The notes beneath the pieces were generated by a model that did no database searches, was not told the DNA's origin, and saw only the letters and a program-made list of their open reading frames with translations. Source: an uncultured Chryseobacterium sp. (GTDB lineage Bacteria; Bacteroidota; Bacteroidia; Flavobacteriales_D; Sanyastnellaceae). From it: a stretch of DNA of 64,000 bases. The first letter of the stretch is position 1. Every line of letters begins with the position of its first letter. Shown in pieces: positions 11,101 through 20,485 of this stretch. The position numbers and the translations under genes are program-made. Location of the stretch: positions 83,698 to 147,697 of the forward strand of contig CAZEFR010000001.1 in NCBI GenBank assembly GCA_964511555.1, read 5' to 3'.

Positions 11101-12331
11101 ACTTTCTCATTCCAAAACGTTCGTTGTCTACAACACCATCGCCGTATCCAATACCCAAACCTTTGTAGGGAATACCGTCTTCGTCAATTGCTTCAAGTAT
11201 ATCGGTTGTAAGCGGGTTATCTTTGTTATCGGCATCTTGGTAGGGTCCTTCGAAGAAATCCACACCAACCGCTGGTGGGTTCGCACCATAACCTAGCGAA
11301 GAAGCAGTAGTCTCATCGAAGGCATCTCCGTTGTAGCAGTATCCAAGACCACGTTGAACATCACAACCAACATAGTCATCTACAGAAGTACCCAAGTCAG
11401 CATCAACCCATGATCCGAAATAAGTTTCTGTTAATGTTTGTGAACCTTGGTTAATTAGGACGTAATTGTAGAAAGTCATGTTATTAACCTCGTCGTTCGA
11501 AGTAAAAGCAAAAGCTTGAGCACGAATCTCCATTCCAATGGGTTGTCCTTGAGATTCGGTGTGCGCATTTCCTTTATCGTTGAAGATCCAATAAAAAGTT
11601 TGGTCACCGTAAAGAGGAACAATGTCTTCTCTACGACGCTCAGCACAATTGATTTCTCTTAAGAAATCGTACCAAGGATAGTCACCGTTTTGAGGGTTAT
11701 AGAATCCATCATTGTCGTAATCGTAAAATGGTGCCAGGTATAAATCTTGGCCTGCAGCAGTATTTCCAATAGCAGGGTATTCGTAGAAGTAACCAGGAAT
11801 AGCATAGTCTGTAGCACAGTCAGTTCCTCCGGCTTGAATGCAATCGTAATATGCTCGGTGCTTTTGGGCATCTTGTCTGAAAGAGACAAAGAATCTATCG
11901 TACTGCTCGCAAGTGGTTTCATTCACGGATGCTGTACCATCGTTAGTAAGAGGACCGGGCCAGTAGTCATTTCCAGATGCTCTGAACGTAATCGCTGCCA
12001 ACTTCAGCTGTTGGTCTGGCGATATACCACCCATCCACAATGAACCGGCATATATTGAAGACACTCCGCTTCCTTTCGGAACTTCGTAAGCTGCTCTGCT
12101 TAAAGAACGACTTTGCCACATGGAACCACCTGTTTCAATGAGTGCTTTAACGTTGTTCCAAGCCAGGTCTCTTAGACCAGTAGCAGGAGCGCACAATGCT
12201 GCTCTCGATTCTGCTACAACATCAGCATTCTGGGCCATCCCTGAATTTTCAAGTACTGATTTGTAACCGAATGCTTGGTTAGCAAAACCAAGTGAAAGAG
12301 CAATTAGACCGAGGTATATATTTTTTCTCAT
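8138..12331 (-). CDS. Very large secreted protein of unknown function with DxDxDG calcium-binding-type motifs and a T9SS-like C-terminal domain
   Basis: The ATG at 12331 gives the signal peptide MRKNIYLGLIALSLGFANQAFG; the ORF track extends to 12349. Motifs FYDYDNDGFYNP, AIDEDGIPY and AEDNDGDNSVDP are present. The C-terminus VVPNPYYAF..VTIFDLNGNRIRQF..WDLKN..ASGTYIIHVNV..KILKW resembles a type-A/FlgD-Ig-like sorting domain. Confidence 0.75.
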   Translation of the reverse strand: MRKNIYLGLIALSLGFANQAFGYKSVLENSGMAQNADVVAESRAALCAPATGLRDLAWNNVKALIETGGSMWQSRSLSRAAYEVPKGSGVSSIYAGSLWMGGISPDQQLKLAAITFRASGNDYWPGPLTNDGTASVNETTCEQYDRFFVSFRQDAQKHRAYYDCIQAGGTDCATDYAIPGYFYEYPAIGNTAAGQDLYLAPFYDYDNDGFYNPQNGDYPWYDFLREINCAERRREDIVPLYGDQTFYWIFNDKGNAHTESQGQPIGMEIRAQAFAFTSNDEVNNMTFYNYVLINQGSQTLTETYFGSWVDADLGTSVDDYVGCDVQRGLGYCYNGDAFDETTASSLGYGANPPAVGVDFFEGPYQDADNKDNPLTTDILEAIDEDGIPYKGLGIGYGDGVVDNERFGMRKFVYYNNSQNPVNGEPALPSHFYNYMRGFWKNGQRMNYGGNGASGANVTEINADYMFPDDTDPLHWGTGGVITEDWSEESEGNPPNDRRFIQAAGPFTLKPGDYNNITLGVVWARANSGNPFESVRLLREFDDKAQSLFDNCFELVSGPDAPDVTIQELDKEIILMLSNDNAISTNFQENYGPSQGGFDPSIPEELADGTQLTEEQRSYKFEGYLVYQRASDDVSASDLGDIQKARLIAQCDVENGIGRIINFSRDPETGYIIPELKVDGADEGIQRSFRVTTDAFATGNNALINHKTYYFMVIAYGYNNYSQYDIGLEKGQDEAFLSSRKSALGAIQKIAAIPHIPSPELGGTIQNSNYGDGVPLTRLEGKGNGANDLLLSSETEAIILANNNISELTYAPGKGPVQVKVVDPLRVPSADFELRLKTTEFGEDAPDSMYWELENLDDGTIYGTYKKFDTSSEDVILDWGLSVTWGQYEYQVEGSTVRHYTELLSSTISYADPSKPWLTGIQDAEGFSEQNWIRAGNVKTEGTDPQALSEALYDDYEQGSSGFPFTDEQEKYEAVVGGTWSPYCLVSGTVLDPNDDNIVVNNVAPTINELKSDLDQLDQQRKSSIRGLNNIDVVFTKDKTKWTRCPVLEMQFTPELAEDNDGDNSVDPEKMKVRRAPSVDKNGRKAGQPGYNAAEGDLVSGIGMGWFPGYAIDLSTGERLNMAFGEDSWLVGENGRDMIWNPSSRLYTNNGQPLFGGQHWIYVFKNLRWEDYSASSPNSSLSLCPAYDNGAFLHSTLSNPSISSSNWKKVFRGCTWVGSGLVNPEHPLLSVEEGLIPNDVRISIRVAKPFASYAYNSPDLTSAEGSVNEWRNIYTFSTKNIATTTSDENTLTSVLDIINVVPNPYYAFSSYETNKLDNRIKITNLPDICDVTIFDLNGNRIRQFKKADQITSIDWDLKNERNIPIASGTYIIHVNVPGIGEKILKWFGVMRPVDLNNF

Positions 12332-12360
12332 GCTGTGTGAATAAATCATTTTGAAGAAAA

Positions 12361-15300
12361 TTAAAAATCAAATCTCATTCCTAAACGTATTTGACGTGGC
12401 GCACCCAAATTGAAAGGATTGTTGACAAACATGCTGTAGTAGTTTCTGAATGATTCAGGATTGTTTTGGGTGTTGATTACGTTCTGGTATTGAGCCGCGG
12501 CAAGGTAACCGTCGTCATCAGGAGTTCCAGTAAATCTGTATACACTTGAGACATTTTGAGTATTCAACAAGTTTGTTATCCAGAAGTAAACGTTCAGATT
12601 TGCAGCTTTTTGTTTGTCTCCTTCTCCCCCGAACTTCAAACTGAAGTTCTTATCGAGGTTCATGTCAACAGTGAATTGCCATGGAAGACGTGAACTGTTG
12701 ATGCCACCTGCAGTTGTTGGGCTAATTTCCCCTGTAATGGGCGTGGGGAATACTTGAGCGGTGTATGGAGTACCTGAACCCAAGTTAGCTATAAGGTTAG
12801 CACCTGTATTTGCAAAAATTTGTTTTCCAAACCAAACGGGTCCGTTGTATTCTTTTCCTTCTCCATAACGATAGTCTACAGTAGTCACAATTCTGTGACG
12901 CTGATCGTAATTCACAGGAGCTACAGTTCTTAAGTTTGGAAGTCCTGCATTAATAAGGGCCAATTGCGTTTGTGTAGTTGAACCTGTTCCGTCTGCGAAT
13001 TGAAGCGTATACGAGGTTTTCATCCAAAGATTACCTGTTCTTCTCAAATCATAAGTTAAGGTCAAACCTTTAACAGTACCGAAGTCAAGGTTTCCGAAGG
13101 CACTATATGTGCTCGGGTATGCTCCATTGAATCGGCGAACTTGTATCATGTCGCGTAATTCACGATAGAAAGCTTCAACTTTGATAGAAGATGTTTTAGA
13201 CAAAACTTGTTGGAAACCAAGTGCGTAATCTACTGTTTTTTCAGGACGTAGATCAGGGTTATTTAACAACACGTTTCTGTTTTCCATAAACAAATAATCA
13301 ACTGGATTGAAGCGATTGCTTGTTGTTGGACGTTGTGTTAGGATGTCGTAGTGCGCGAAGAATAGCGCCTCTTCCGAGATAGGGAAAGAGAAGGCTACGC
13401 GAGGCATGAAGTTAACAGCAGGTGTATATTCTCTGAAGGCATTGCTTGTTAGAGCAGCATCTGGGTCAACGCTCAAATATGGATTAATTTTTCCACCTGC
13501 AGCAATGCTTGTGAAAGGGTCATTTACAAGTGTTCCTTGTGCATTGTACCAGTTATCGCCATCGCGGTATCCTTGAATCGCCGTTGGGTTGTTTATATCA
13601 TCTACGTAAACCACGAAGTTGTCTCCAATGTTGGATGGACGAGAAGTACCGAAGTCGCCAAAATCAACCTCACCTGCGGTAAAGGCTTCACTGATAACGT
13701 AAGGATCCTTCGGAACGTATTGGTTTGCATCGTATCTGTCGATACGCAGACCCACGTTAAAGATTAAGTCGTCGAAGGCGAACTTATCCATGATATAACC
13801 TGAAATGTATACAGGCTCGAAAGCACCTACCGAACGAGTATAGTATGAACCATTTCCAAGAGAATACCTTTCAGCGAAGAAATCGTCTAAAGATGGTCTT
13901 CTGCTTAACATGTTACCTCTGTGATCGAAACCGAAATAGGTAACTACGTTATTTCCTGAGTTTAATAGGTCATCGGCACCGAACATGTCAACTGACAAGA
14001 AATCTGGACTCAAACCATCTGTGTTTATAAAATCTGTTCCGTTAGGATCAAGACCCATAGCAGTTCTTAGATTATAATCGAACTCAAATTGATCGCTACC
14101 AACGAGATTTGCGTAATCTACGTATGTGAATGTTCCGTTGTTCGAATAAATAGGGCTATCTGTGTCTAACTCTTGGTTGTGGTAGTTTGCATATTGACGG
14201 GCTAGCGTCCACAAGCTAATAGGAGCAACCGCGTATCCGGCATCTTTACGCTGCTCGAATTCAAAACCAACTTCGATGGCGTGATCACCGATATCAGCAG
14301 AGCCAGAACCGGAAACACGGAATTGATTGTTTCGAGAAATACTATAGTTGTTTGATTTAGCACCAACGTGTGACCAAAGATCATAAGTTCCGGCGGGCTG
14401 TTGGCCATTCACTAATCCATTACCACCTTGAATATTGGTTATCGAAGCATATGGAGAATTACCAATCTGCTCTGTTTCTGAGGTAAAGTCATTTATAGAG
14501 GGGTCGAAGAATTGGTTGTCTGTAATAATAGGATCTGTTCCATTCAATACTTCGGTTACATATGGATTGGTATTGAAAAGTGTGAAGAATTGGTTTGTTA
14601 TTGCAGCAAGGTCAGGATTGTATTCAGACGGTGTGAAGTTCACGTTAACGTCCTGCCAACCGTTCTGCTCGAAATAGTTTCCAGAACTATTTAATGTGTA
14701 TGAAGGCGTTCTGAAAATGTCGAAATTACCAACGTGACCATATCGGAAAAGATTTCCACCGTGTGTAGCGTCTTCTGACCGATTGTATGAGCTGCTATAA
14801 TCTGCTTGAATTCTGTAGAATACATTTTTAAGATTCGAGCTTGCAGATTCGTCTTCTGCATTTTTGAAACGCTGCGCGAATTTCGCGTAAGCACGCCAAT
14901 CGAGCCCTGTGTTTTGCTGGTTATTCTCCCAGTTCATTAACATGTTTCCATAGTCAAAACCATTTCCGCGACTTATCGCTGCTGTACCCCCGAAGGTTAG
15001 CGTAACGTTTTCAGAGGCATTTAAATCAATTTTACCAACAAGATTCGCTTGTCTATTGCGAACGTTCATTCGCGTATTGATTTTTTCAAAATCATTTGCT
15101 GTTAAGAAATCGGCATTGTAAAGTGCGCCGTTTACTGTTCCGTCAGCCTGAACGTTTTGACGCAATGGATTTGCCAAAAGTCCTTGACGAGCATCTTCTT
15201 TCATGCGATAAACTCCACCAAAGGTTGGTCCACCGTCTACAATATCTGTGTAGTTTCCTGATAAAAAGAAGCCAAGGATAGGTCGCCCTTTTGTTCCGTC

Positions 15301-16122
15301 AGCCTTTTTTCTAAACAAAATAGGTCCAGATAAAGAACCTTCAAGAAGGTTATAGCCGTAATAATCCAAACCTACTGCTTTGTCTCCAACTTGAAAACCT
15401 GAGGTAATTGCTTCAATACCCCCGGTGTATTCAGACGAAGCTGATCTCAGTGATATGTTAATGACACCGCCCGTTGCATCACCAATATTTGCTGGAATAC
15501 CACCGGTGATTACAGAAACTTCTTCGATAGCAGATTTCGGAAGTGAAGTAGACCCACGAACCTTAATACCATCAATGTATACCCATGTCGAATTGGTGCG
15601 GGCACCACGAATAGAGATACCTCCACCTGTTCCGGCTGAGCTAACACCTGCAACGGTTTGTGCAAGGCCAAGCGCATCACGACTAGGCATTTTCTCTAAC
15701 TCTTCGCGAGTTACAGTTCCTCCGGAAGCACCACCATCTTTATCAATGAGGGGAATTCGGTATTCTTTAATTTCTACGGTATTCATTTCCACCCCTGGGC
15801 TCAATTCAGCATTCGCGAATTGAATTTTTCCGGCAGAAATAGGAATTCCTGTTTGACTTTGGGTCTGGTAACCAACAAAGTTGAATTGAACCTCGTAGGT
15901 TCCAGGATCAATTGGTTTAATGGTGTATTGTCCATCTGGATCTGTTTGGCCACCTGTAATCAGATTTCCATTCAAAAACAGAACCACATTCACGAAGGGA
16001 AGAGGTTTCTTTGTCTCTTTGTCAATGACTTTTCCTTTTAAAGATCCACCGTTTCCTTGTGCAAATAAACTTGACACTGAAAGGATCATAAAACTCAAAA
16101 GGAGGTATACTTTTCTCTGCAT
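12361..16122 (-). CDS. Oversized (1253 aa) TonB-dependent-receptor-like outer-membrane protein with CarboxypepD_reg N-domain
   Basis: Signal peptide, then LKGKVIDKETKKPLPFVNVVLF..DPDGQYTI. Plug region (ISIRGARTNSTWVYIDGIKV, GGIPANIGDATGGVINI), and a terminal barrel strand RQIRLGMRFDF. Confidence 0.85.
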   Translation of the reverse strand: MQRKVYLLLSFMILSVSSLFAQGNGGSLKGKVIDKETKKPLPFVNVVLFLNGNLITGGQTDPDGQYTIKPIDPGTYEVQFNFVGYQTQSQTGIPISAGKIQFANAELSPGVEMNTVEIKEYRIPLIDKDGGASGGTVTREELEKMPSRDALGLAQTVAGVSSAGTGGGISIRGARTNSTWVYIDGIKVRGSTSLPKSAIEEVSVITGGIPANIGDATGGVINISLRSASSEYTGGIEAITSGFQVGDKAVGLDYYGYNLLEGSLSGPILFRKKADGTKGRPILGFFLSGNYTDIVDGGPTFGGVYRMKEDARQGLLANPLRQNVQADGTVNGALYNADFLTANDFEKINTRMNVRNRQANLVGKIDLNASENVTLTFGGTAAISRGNGFDYGNMLMNWENNQQNTGLDWRAYAKFAQRFKNAEDESASSNLKNVFYRIQADYSSSYNRSEDATHGGNLFRYGHVGNFDIFRTPSYTLNSSGNYFEQNGWQDVNVNFTPSEYNPDLAAITNQFFTLFNTNPYVTEVLNGTDPIITDNQFFDPSINDFTSETEQIGNSPYASITNIQGGNGLVNGQQPAGTYDLWSHVGAKSNNYSISRNNQFRVSGSGSADIGDHAIEVGFEFEQRKDAGYAVAPISLWTLARQYANYHNQELDTDSPIYSNNGTFTYVDYANLVGSDQFEFDYNLRTAMGLDPNGTDFINTDGLSPDFLSVDMFGADDLLNSGNNVVTYFGFDHRGNMLSRRPSLDDFFAERYSLGNGSYYTRSVGAFEPVYISGYIMDKFAFDDLIFNVGLRIDRYDANQYVPKDPYVISEAFTAGEVDFGDFGTSRPSNIGDNFVVYVDDINNPTAIQGYRDGDNWYNAQGTLVNDPFTSIAAGGKINPYLSVDPDAALTSNAFREYTPAVNFMPRVAFSFPISEEALFFAHYDILTQRPTTSNRFNPVDYLFMENRNVLLNNPDLRPEKTVDYALGFQQVLSKTSSIKVEAFYRELRDMIQVRRFNGAYPSTYSAFGNLDFGTVKGLTLTYDLRRTGNLWMKTSYTLQFADGTGSTTQTQLALINAGLPNLRTVAPVNYDQRHRIVTTVDYRYGEGKEYNGPVWFGKQIFANTGANLIANLGSGTPYTAQVFPTPITGEISPTTAGGINSSRLPWQFTVDMNLDKNFSLKFGGEGDKQKAANLNVYFWITNLLNTQNVSSVYRFTGTPDDDGYLAAAQYQNVINTQNNPESFRNYYSMFVNNPFNLGAPRQIRLGMRFDF

Positions 16123-16364
16123 AAAAACCAGGTTAAGGAATTATTAAACTATACAACGGCCGCTAAAATAAGGCAAGCTTGGCTTAATTACCAAAGTTCG
16201 TTGAAGCAATCTGTATTTTTTTTGTTATTTATTCTGATTATCAAAGTGCTAGACTGTTTCGGCTAAAGGTAAAAAGCGAATTTAAGCAGTTCAATCAAGC
16301 ATTCGGTACCGATTCGTTTTTTTTGGTCTTGAAATGAGCGGTTTTTTTTCTTTTCTAAGAATGT

Positions 16365-16640
16365 TTATTGCCTCCGAACCCACATGCGCTTGTACCAAGG
16401 CATATTTCCAAGTCTCCTCAGTCTTTGTGATTTTTTTAGGTTTTTTCTCATTCTCTTTTTTCCTTTTTTTCCTTGTGCATCTTGATGTTTTTCTACCCTT
16501 TGCAAGTATTCAGTTTCTATGAGATCGTGTTGTTCTTTGCGTTTTGCCCGAGAGTTTTCAGGAGTTATGACTGTGTTGTCGGGTTGTCCGAAAACCGTGA
16601 ATCCGAAGAAAATAAAAATTAAAGTCAAGAGTTGTTTCAT
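16365..16640 (-). CDS. Small secreted polybasic protein (hypothetical)
   Basis: Signal peptide MKQLLTLIFIFFGFTVFGQ followed by a Lys/Arg-rich tail. The ATGA start/stop overlap with the upstream gene supports that this ORF is real. Confidence 0.5.
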   Translation of the reverse strand: MKQLLTLIFIFFGFTVFGQPDNTVITPENSRAKRKEQHDLIETEYLQRVEKHQDAQGKKGKKRMRKNLKKSQRLRRLGNMPWYKRMWVRRQ

Positions 16641-17536
16641 TTTCTGAATTCGTATGAATACTTCGTAATCGTTATGTCTTTGGAGTTCATGTCTTGGTCA
16701 AGCGTAGCTTCTATGAAGGAAGTTGAGGTGTACAAGATTTCGATTTCTCTTTGAAGGACAGCATTAGAGTGGTATGACACTTTTGTTAAGTTTCCTATTC
16801 TATCATATTGAAAAGACTCACGTTTAATCTCTTTCTTAGAGGCGTTTTCGATGGTTGATATTTGTGCAATCCAGCCCTTGTCGTTGTAGGTGTATTCTTT
16901 CGTGAAGCTCTTTCCGCTAAGGTTCAGCTCTTTTTCTTCTCTGGTGACAAATCCGGAAGAATCTCTGTAAACCAAATCAACTGAATAAGGAAGGCCGTAA
17001 TTGTTGAAGCTTTCTCTTCGAAGTGTATATGCTGAAGGCTCGCTGTACTTGAAAGACTCAGAGTTCACAGTTACAGTAAGTCCTGGTATAAGCTTTAATT
17101 TGTCAACGCTCTTATTTTCAGAAACAGAGTTGTCAATTCGTTCCACCCTTCCTTTATTATCGTAAAAGAATGAGGTTGTTGAATAGCCGTTGCGACCCAA
17201 TTCATTTCTATTTTGAACTAAGCCCAATTCATTTCTGTCAAATACAATATGCGTGCTATCAACGATACTTAGCACACTTGTTACCGCGTCGATTTTTGAG
17301 AGTTGCCCAGTTTCGTTGAAGTGGTAGACTACAATATCGGGTCTGTTTTCTATTGCCTTTCCAGTTCTCTTCATTTGGCATACACCGGTTATGCTTATGA
17401 TTTTATTCTGCCAAAGAAATTCCTGACTAAAAAACATTTCAGACTGAAAGGCCTTTCCTTCACGGTTGTCAATAATTTGAGTTGCACCTGAATGGGCTAT
17501 GAAAAGGGTTATGGCAAAAAATAAGTTACGAATCAT
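16637..17536 (-). CDS. Secreted protein made of YD/RHS-like repeats (hypothetical)
   Basis: Signal peptide MIRNLFFAITLFIAHSGA. Repeated Y/F-D-x-x-G motifs: YHFNETGQLSKID, FFYDNKGRVERID, YTYNDKGWIAQIS, FQYDRIGNLTKVS. Confidence 0.7.
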   Translation of the reverse strand: MIRNLFFAITLFIAHSGATQIIDNREGKAFQSEMFFSQEFLWQNKIISITGVCQMKRTGKAIENRPDIVVYHFNETGQLSKIDAVTSVLSIVDSTHIVFDRNELGLVQNRNELGRNGYSTTSFFYDNKGRVERIDNSVSENKSVDKLKLIPGLTVTVNSESFKYSEPSAYTLRRESFNNYGLPYSVDLVYRDSSGFVTREEKELNLSGKSFTKEYTYNDKGWIAQISTIENASKKEIKRESFQYDRIGNLTKVSYHSNAVLQREIEILYTSTSFIEATLDQDMNSKDITITKYSYEFRK

Positions 17537-17650
17537 GGTACAAACATAAAACCGAAGTGAATAAGTTCACCAATTGGTGGAAAAGCTTTCAACTGTCCAT
17601 AGTGTTGTTTCGGGCAGAACGAACGAACTTTGTATTCATATTATTTCAAC

Positions 17651-18919
17651 ATGAAAGACCAAATTATTTTCGATTTAATCGAGCGCGAGAGGATCCGACA
17701 AACAAACGGAATAGAGCTAATCGCTTCAGAAAATTACGTAAGCAATGACGTTATGCAGGCTACGGGGTCTGTTCTTACGAACAAGTATGCGGAAGGTCTT
17801 CCGAGAAAGAGATATTATGGTGGTTGCGAGGTGGTAGATGAAATTGAACAAATTGCGATTGATAGATTGAAGATGTTGTTTGGCGCTTCATGGGCGAACG
17901 TTCAGCCTCATAGCGGGGCTAATGCGAACAGTTCTGTAATGCTGGCAATACTTAATCCGGGAGATGCTATTTTGGGCCTAGATCTTTCTCAAGGTGGGCA
18001 CCTAACCCACGGCTCTCCTGTAAACTACTCGGGAAAATTGTACCGACCGTTTTTTTACGGGGTGGAAAAAGAAACCGGACGGGTAGACATGAATAAAGTT
18101 CGAGAAAAGGCTATAGAGTGTAAACCTAAGCTTCTTATTTGCGGAGCAAGTGCATACAGCCGCGATTGGGATTATGCTGCATTTCGGTCGATAGCCGATG
18201 AAGTTGGGGCTGTACTTTTAGCAGATATTTCTCATCCGTCTGGTCTCATAGCTGCCGGATTGCTCAATCATCCCTTTCCTCATTGTCACATTGTAACCTC
18301 TACCACTCACAAAACCTTACGTGGACCGAGAGGCGGTGTGATTATGGTTGGAAACGACATGCCAAATCCATTGGGTTTAAAAACTATGAAGGGTGAAGTT
18401 CGTTCGCTATCTTCAGTGCTTGACAGTGGGGTGTTTCCGGGTATGCAAGGCGGCCCGCTAGAGCATGTTATAGCGGCGAAAGCTGTAGCTTTCAATGAGG
18501 CCTTAACAGATAATTTCAAATTATATGGAAAGCAGGTGATGGCTAACGCGAGTGCCCTTGCAGATCATCTTACCGCAAAGGGTTATGAGATTGTTTCCGG
18601 AGGTACAGATAATCACTGTTTCCTTATTGATCTTCGTAATAAAAATATTTCGGGAAAGGATGCGGAGCATGCCCTTGTAAGTGCAGAAATTACCGTGAAT
18701 AAAAACATGGTTCCTTTCGACGATAAATCACCGTTCGTCACTAGTGGAATTCGAATTGGAACACCAGCAATTACTACTCGCGGATTGAACGTCAGTGATA
18801 TGGCTTTTGTGGCCAATGCAATTGATAAAGTTATTTCAAACGCTTCAAACGAAGATGTGATTCGAGCAGTGAAAATGGAAGTACACGAACAAATGTCTTC
18901 GAGACCATTATTTGCGTAA
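17651..18919 (+). CDS. glyA: Serine hydroxymethyltransferase
   Basis: The ATG at 17651 gives [13 protein letters not shown]. Motifs seen: LIASENY, TNKYAEG, and [14 protein letters not shown] (PLP lysine). Confidence 0.95.
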   Translation: MKDQIIFDLIERERIRQTNGIELIASENYVSNDVMQATGSVLTNKYAEGLPRKRYYGGCEVVDEIEQIAIDRLKMLFGASWANVQPHSGANANSSVMLAILNPGDAILGLDLSQGGHLTHGSPVNYSGKLYRPFFYGVEKETGRVDMNKVREKAIECKPKLLICGASAYSRDWDYAAFRSIADEVGAVLLADISHPSGLIAAGLLNHPFPHCHIVTSTTHKTLRGPRGGVIMVGNDMPNPLGLKTMKGEVRSLSSVLDSGVFPGMQGGPLEHVIAAKAVAFNEALTDNFKLYGKQVMANASALADHLTAKGYEIVSGGTDNHCFLIDLRNKNISGKDAEHALVSAEITVNKNMVPFDDKSPFVTSGIRIGTPAITTRGLNVSDMAFVANAIDKVISNASNEDVIRAVKMEVHEQMSSRPLFA

Positions 18920-20485
18920 TCTGAAAAGATCTTCTTTTGATAGAGGGCGCTCGTTTCCGCGCCAAATAAAGTCCTCCAATTTGAATTGTGAGGATTTTGT
19001 TTTTTGAATGCTATTGTACAAGCTGTTTGGCTCGTTTTCAAGTGTAACTTTTTGAATTGCTTTTTCTTTCAATTCAATGCGAATGTTCGAACAGTCTGAT
19101 CTGTTCAAACCGGTGAGTTTAGTGCTTTTGTTTTTCTCTTCTGTTGAGAAATAGGCGAGTTGTCCATTTCCATTAATTTGAACTTCGTGAAGATCGTTTT
19201 GAATGAATTGTCCGTGCAGCGATTTCCCTTTTATCTGGTTGAAGTATCCGGGCACAACTTCGGATGCTAAAAAACTTTTCTCTGGAACAAAAAGAAAATC
19301 TAAACTGTCATTTTTGAAGTGCAGATTTATCTCTGTTCCCGTAAGTTGATTTGCGTCGTTCCACAGGACGGGAGAGTAGAACATTCGCATGACTGAATCT
19401 GCTTCAGACAGTGAAAGAGAATCGCATTTGCCTTGTAAGTCTTTGCTGAACAGAATCACGTTGTGATAGGCTTTAATGTCGCGGTTTTTATCACTTGTTT
19501 TCTTGGCAAACAGAGTGTCAGCTACAATGAAAAGCGTGTCTTTATTTTCGAGTGTTTTTTCGAGAATACTTTTTCCGGTTACCCATGAAATTTCGTTTGT
19601 TTCCTCGTGCCTTCCATAATCACCCCGAATGGTTAAGTCGGAATTGTTGTCAACGATAATTACATGCTGAAAAGCTTCGCCCCATTTCTCTTTTCCATTG
19701 TAAAAAATGCTGTCACCGAATAGCGTTTGTTCTTTCGATTTTACGCGTGCATTTTTCTTGAAACTGCAGGTCTCTGTTTTCGAATTGAAGAAACCGTTTT
19801 CACATGTTATTTCAAGGTCTTTTCCTGTTATTGTTGTGGGTCCGAAGAAATAGGATATCTCTGTAACAGTGTTGTAAAGCATGGTGTCTGAAATTACAGT
19901 GTAGTCTTTGTTCTTGACAGTTACTTTTCTGCGAAAAGTGAAATTGTTAGAAGGGCTGTGATAGCGTCCCGTTTGAGAAACCAATTCGTTGTTATTCTTG
20001 CTTGAAACTACCTTGCCACCTCCGGAATATGTTGCTACTTCAGTTTTCAGGTTGTAAGACATGTTGGGTGAAGTAAGGGTCATTGCCCCATCTGTGAAAA
20101 TACAATTTTCGTTTATGGTTGCAACCTGGGTGGCGTCAGTGAAAAAGAGTTTTTTTCCTGAAATAGTGTACTCACCTGGTTTGTTTACACGAATGTTTCC
20201 GAAAGCCTGGAAATTTCCATTATTAAATTTATATGCCGAATCACAAAGAAAATTCGTGCCGTCGAAGTTCAAATGAACGTTTCCTAATAGGCGTTGCCCA
20301 TTGACTAGATTTTTGTTGAATGCAATTTTATCGGCATGCACCAATTGCACGTGTTTGCCTTGTCCTTCTGCGTTCTGCGAAATCAGAAATACGGAAAGCG
20401 CAACAAGAAGTATTTTAACGAAGTTGTGTATTGTTCGCGGTTTATCTAACAATGGTTTGCTCACGGTCTGGACCAACGGAAACAT
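18908..20485 (-). CDS. OstA-like (LptD N-terminal-like) domain protein
   Basis: Repeated OstA-like beta-jellyroll segments ([34 protein letters not shown]). No start codon lies downstream of the purA stop, so the start (M at 20485 or 20515) overlaps purA by 44 or 74 nt. Confidence 0.7.
   Translation of the reverse strand: MFPLVQTVSKPLLDKPRTIHNFVKILLVALSVFLISQNAEGQGKHVQLVHADKIAFNKNLVNGQRLLGNVHLNFDGTNFLCDSAYKFNNGNFQAFGNIRVNKPGEYTISGKKLFFTDATQVATINENCIFTDGAMTLTSPNMSYNLKTEVATYSGGGKVVSSKNNNELVSQTGRYHSPSNNFTFRRKVTVKNKDYTVISDTMLYNTVTEISYFFGPTTITGKDLEITCENGFFNSKTETCSFKKNARVKSKEQTLFGDSIFYNGKEKWGEAFQHVIIVDNNSDLTIRGDYGRHEETNEISWVTGKSILEKTLENKDTLFIVADTLFAKKTSDKNRDIKAYHNVILFSKDLQGKCDSLSLSEADSVMRMFYSPVLWNDANQLTGTEINLHFKNDSLDFLFVPEKSFLASEVVPGYFNQIKGKSLHGQFIQNDLHEVQINGNGQLAYFSTEEKNKSTKLTGLNRSDCSNIRIELKEKAIQKVTLENEPNSLYNSIQKTKSSQFKLEDFIWRGNERPLSKEDLFRLRK

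Noticed and set aside
8138-12349. Could the 1400 aa protein next to the PorV-like gene be PorU, given that porU-porV are neighbours in known T9SS loci?
   Set aside because: I could not recognise a gingipain-like C25 peptidase His/Cys signature. The protein itself carries a CTD-like tail and is preceded by a receptor-like barrel. The identity is left open and needs a profile search.
16301-16349. A small hairpin plus T8 tract and a second T8 tract on the plus strand resemble intrinsic terminators of an unannotated plus-strand sRNA.
   Set aside because: The stem is only 4-5 bp. There is no plus-strand promoter box or upstream gene. AT-rich spacers often contain such runs. This is noted only as part of the spacer finding.
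16334-16522. A plus-strand 62 aa ORF rich in Phe and Leu.
   Set aside because: It is the antisense reading of the Lys-rich tail of the 91 aa minus-strand ORF, which has a signal peptide and ATGA coupling to its neighbour.
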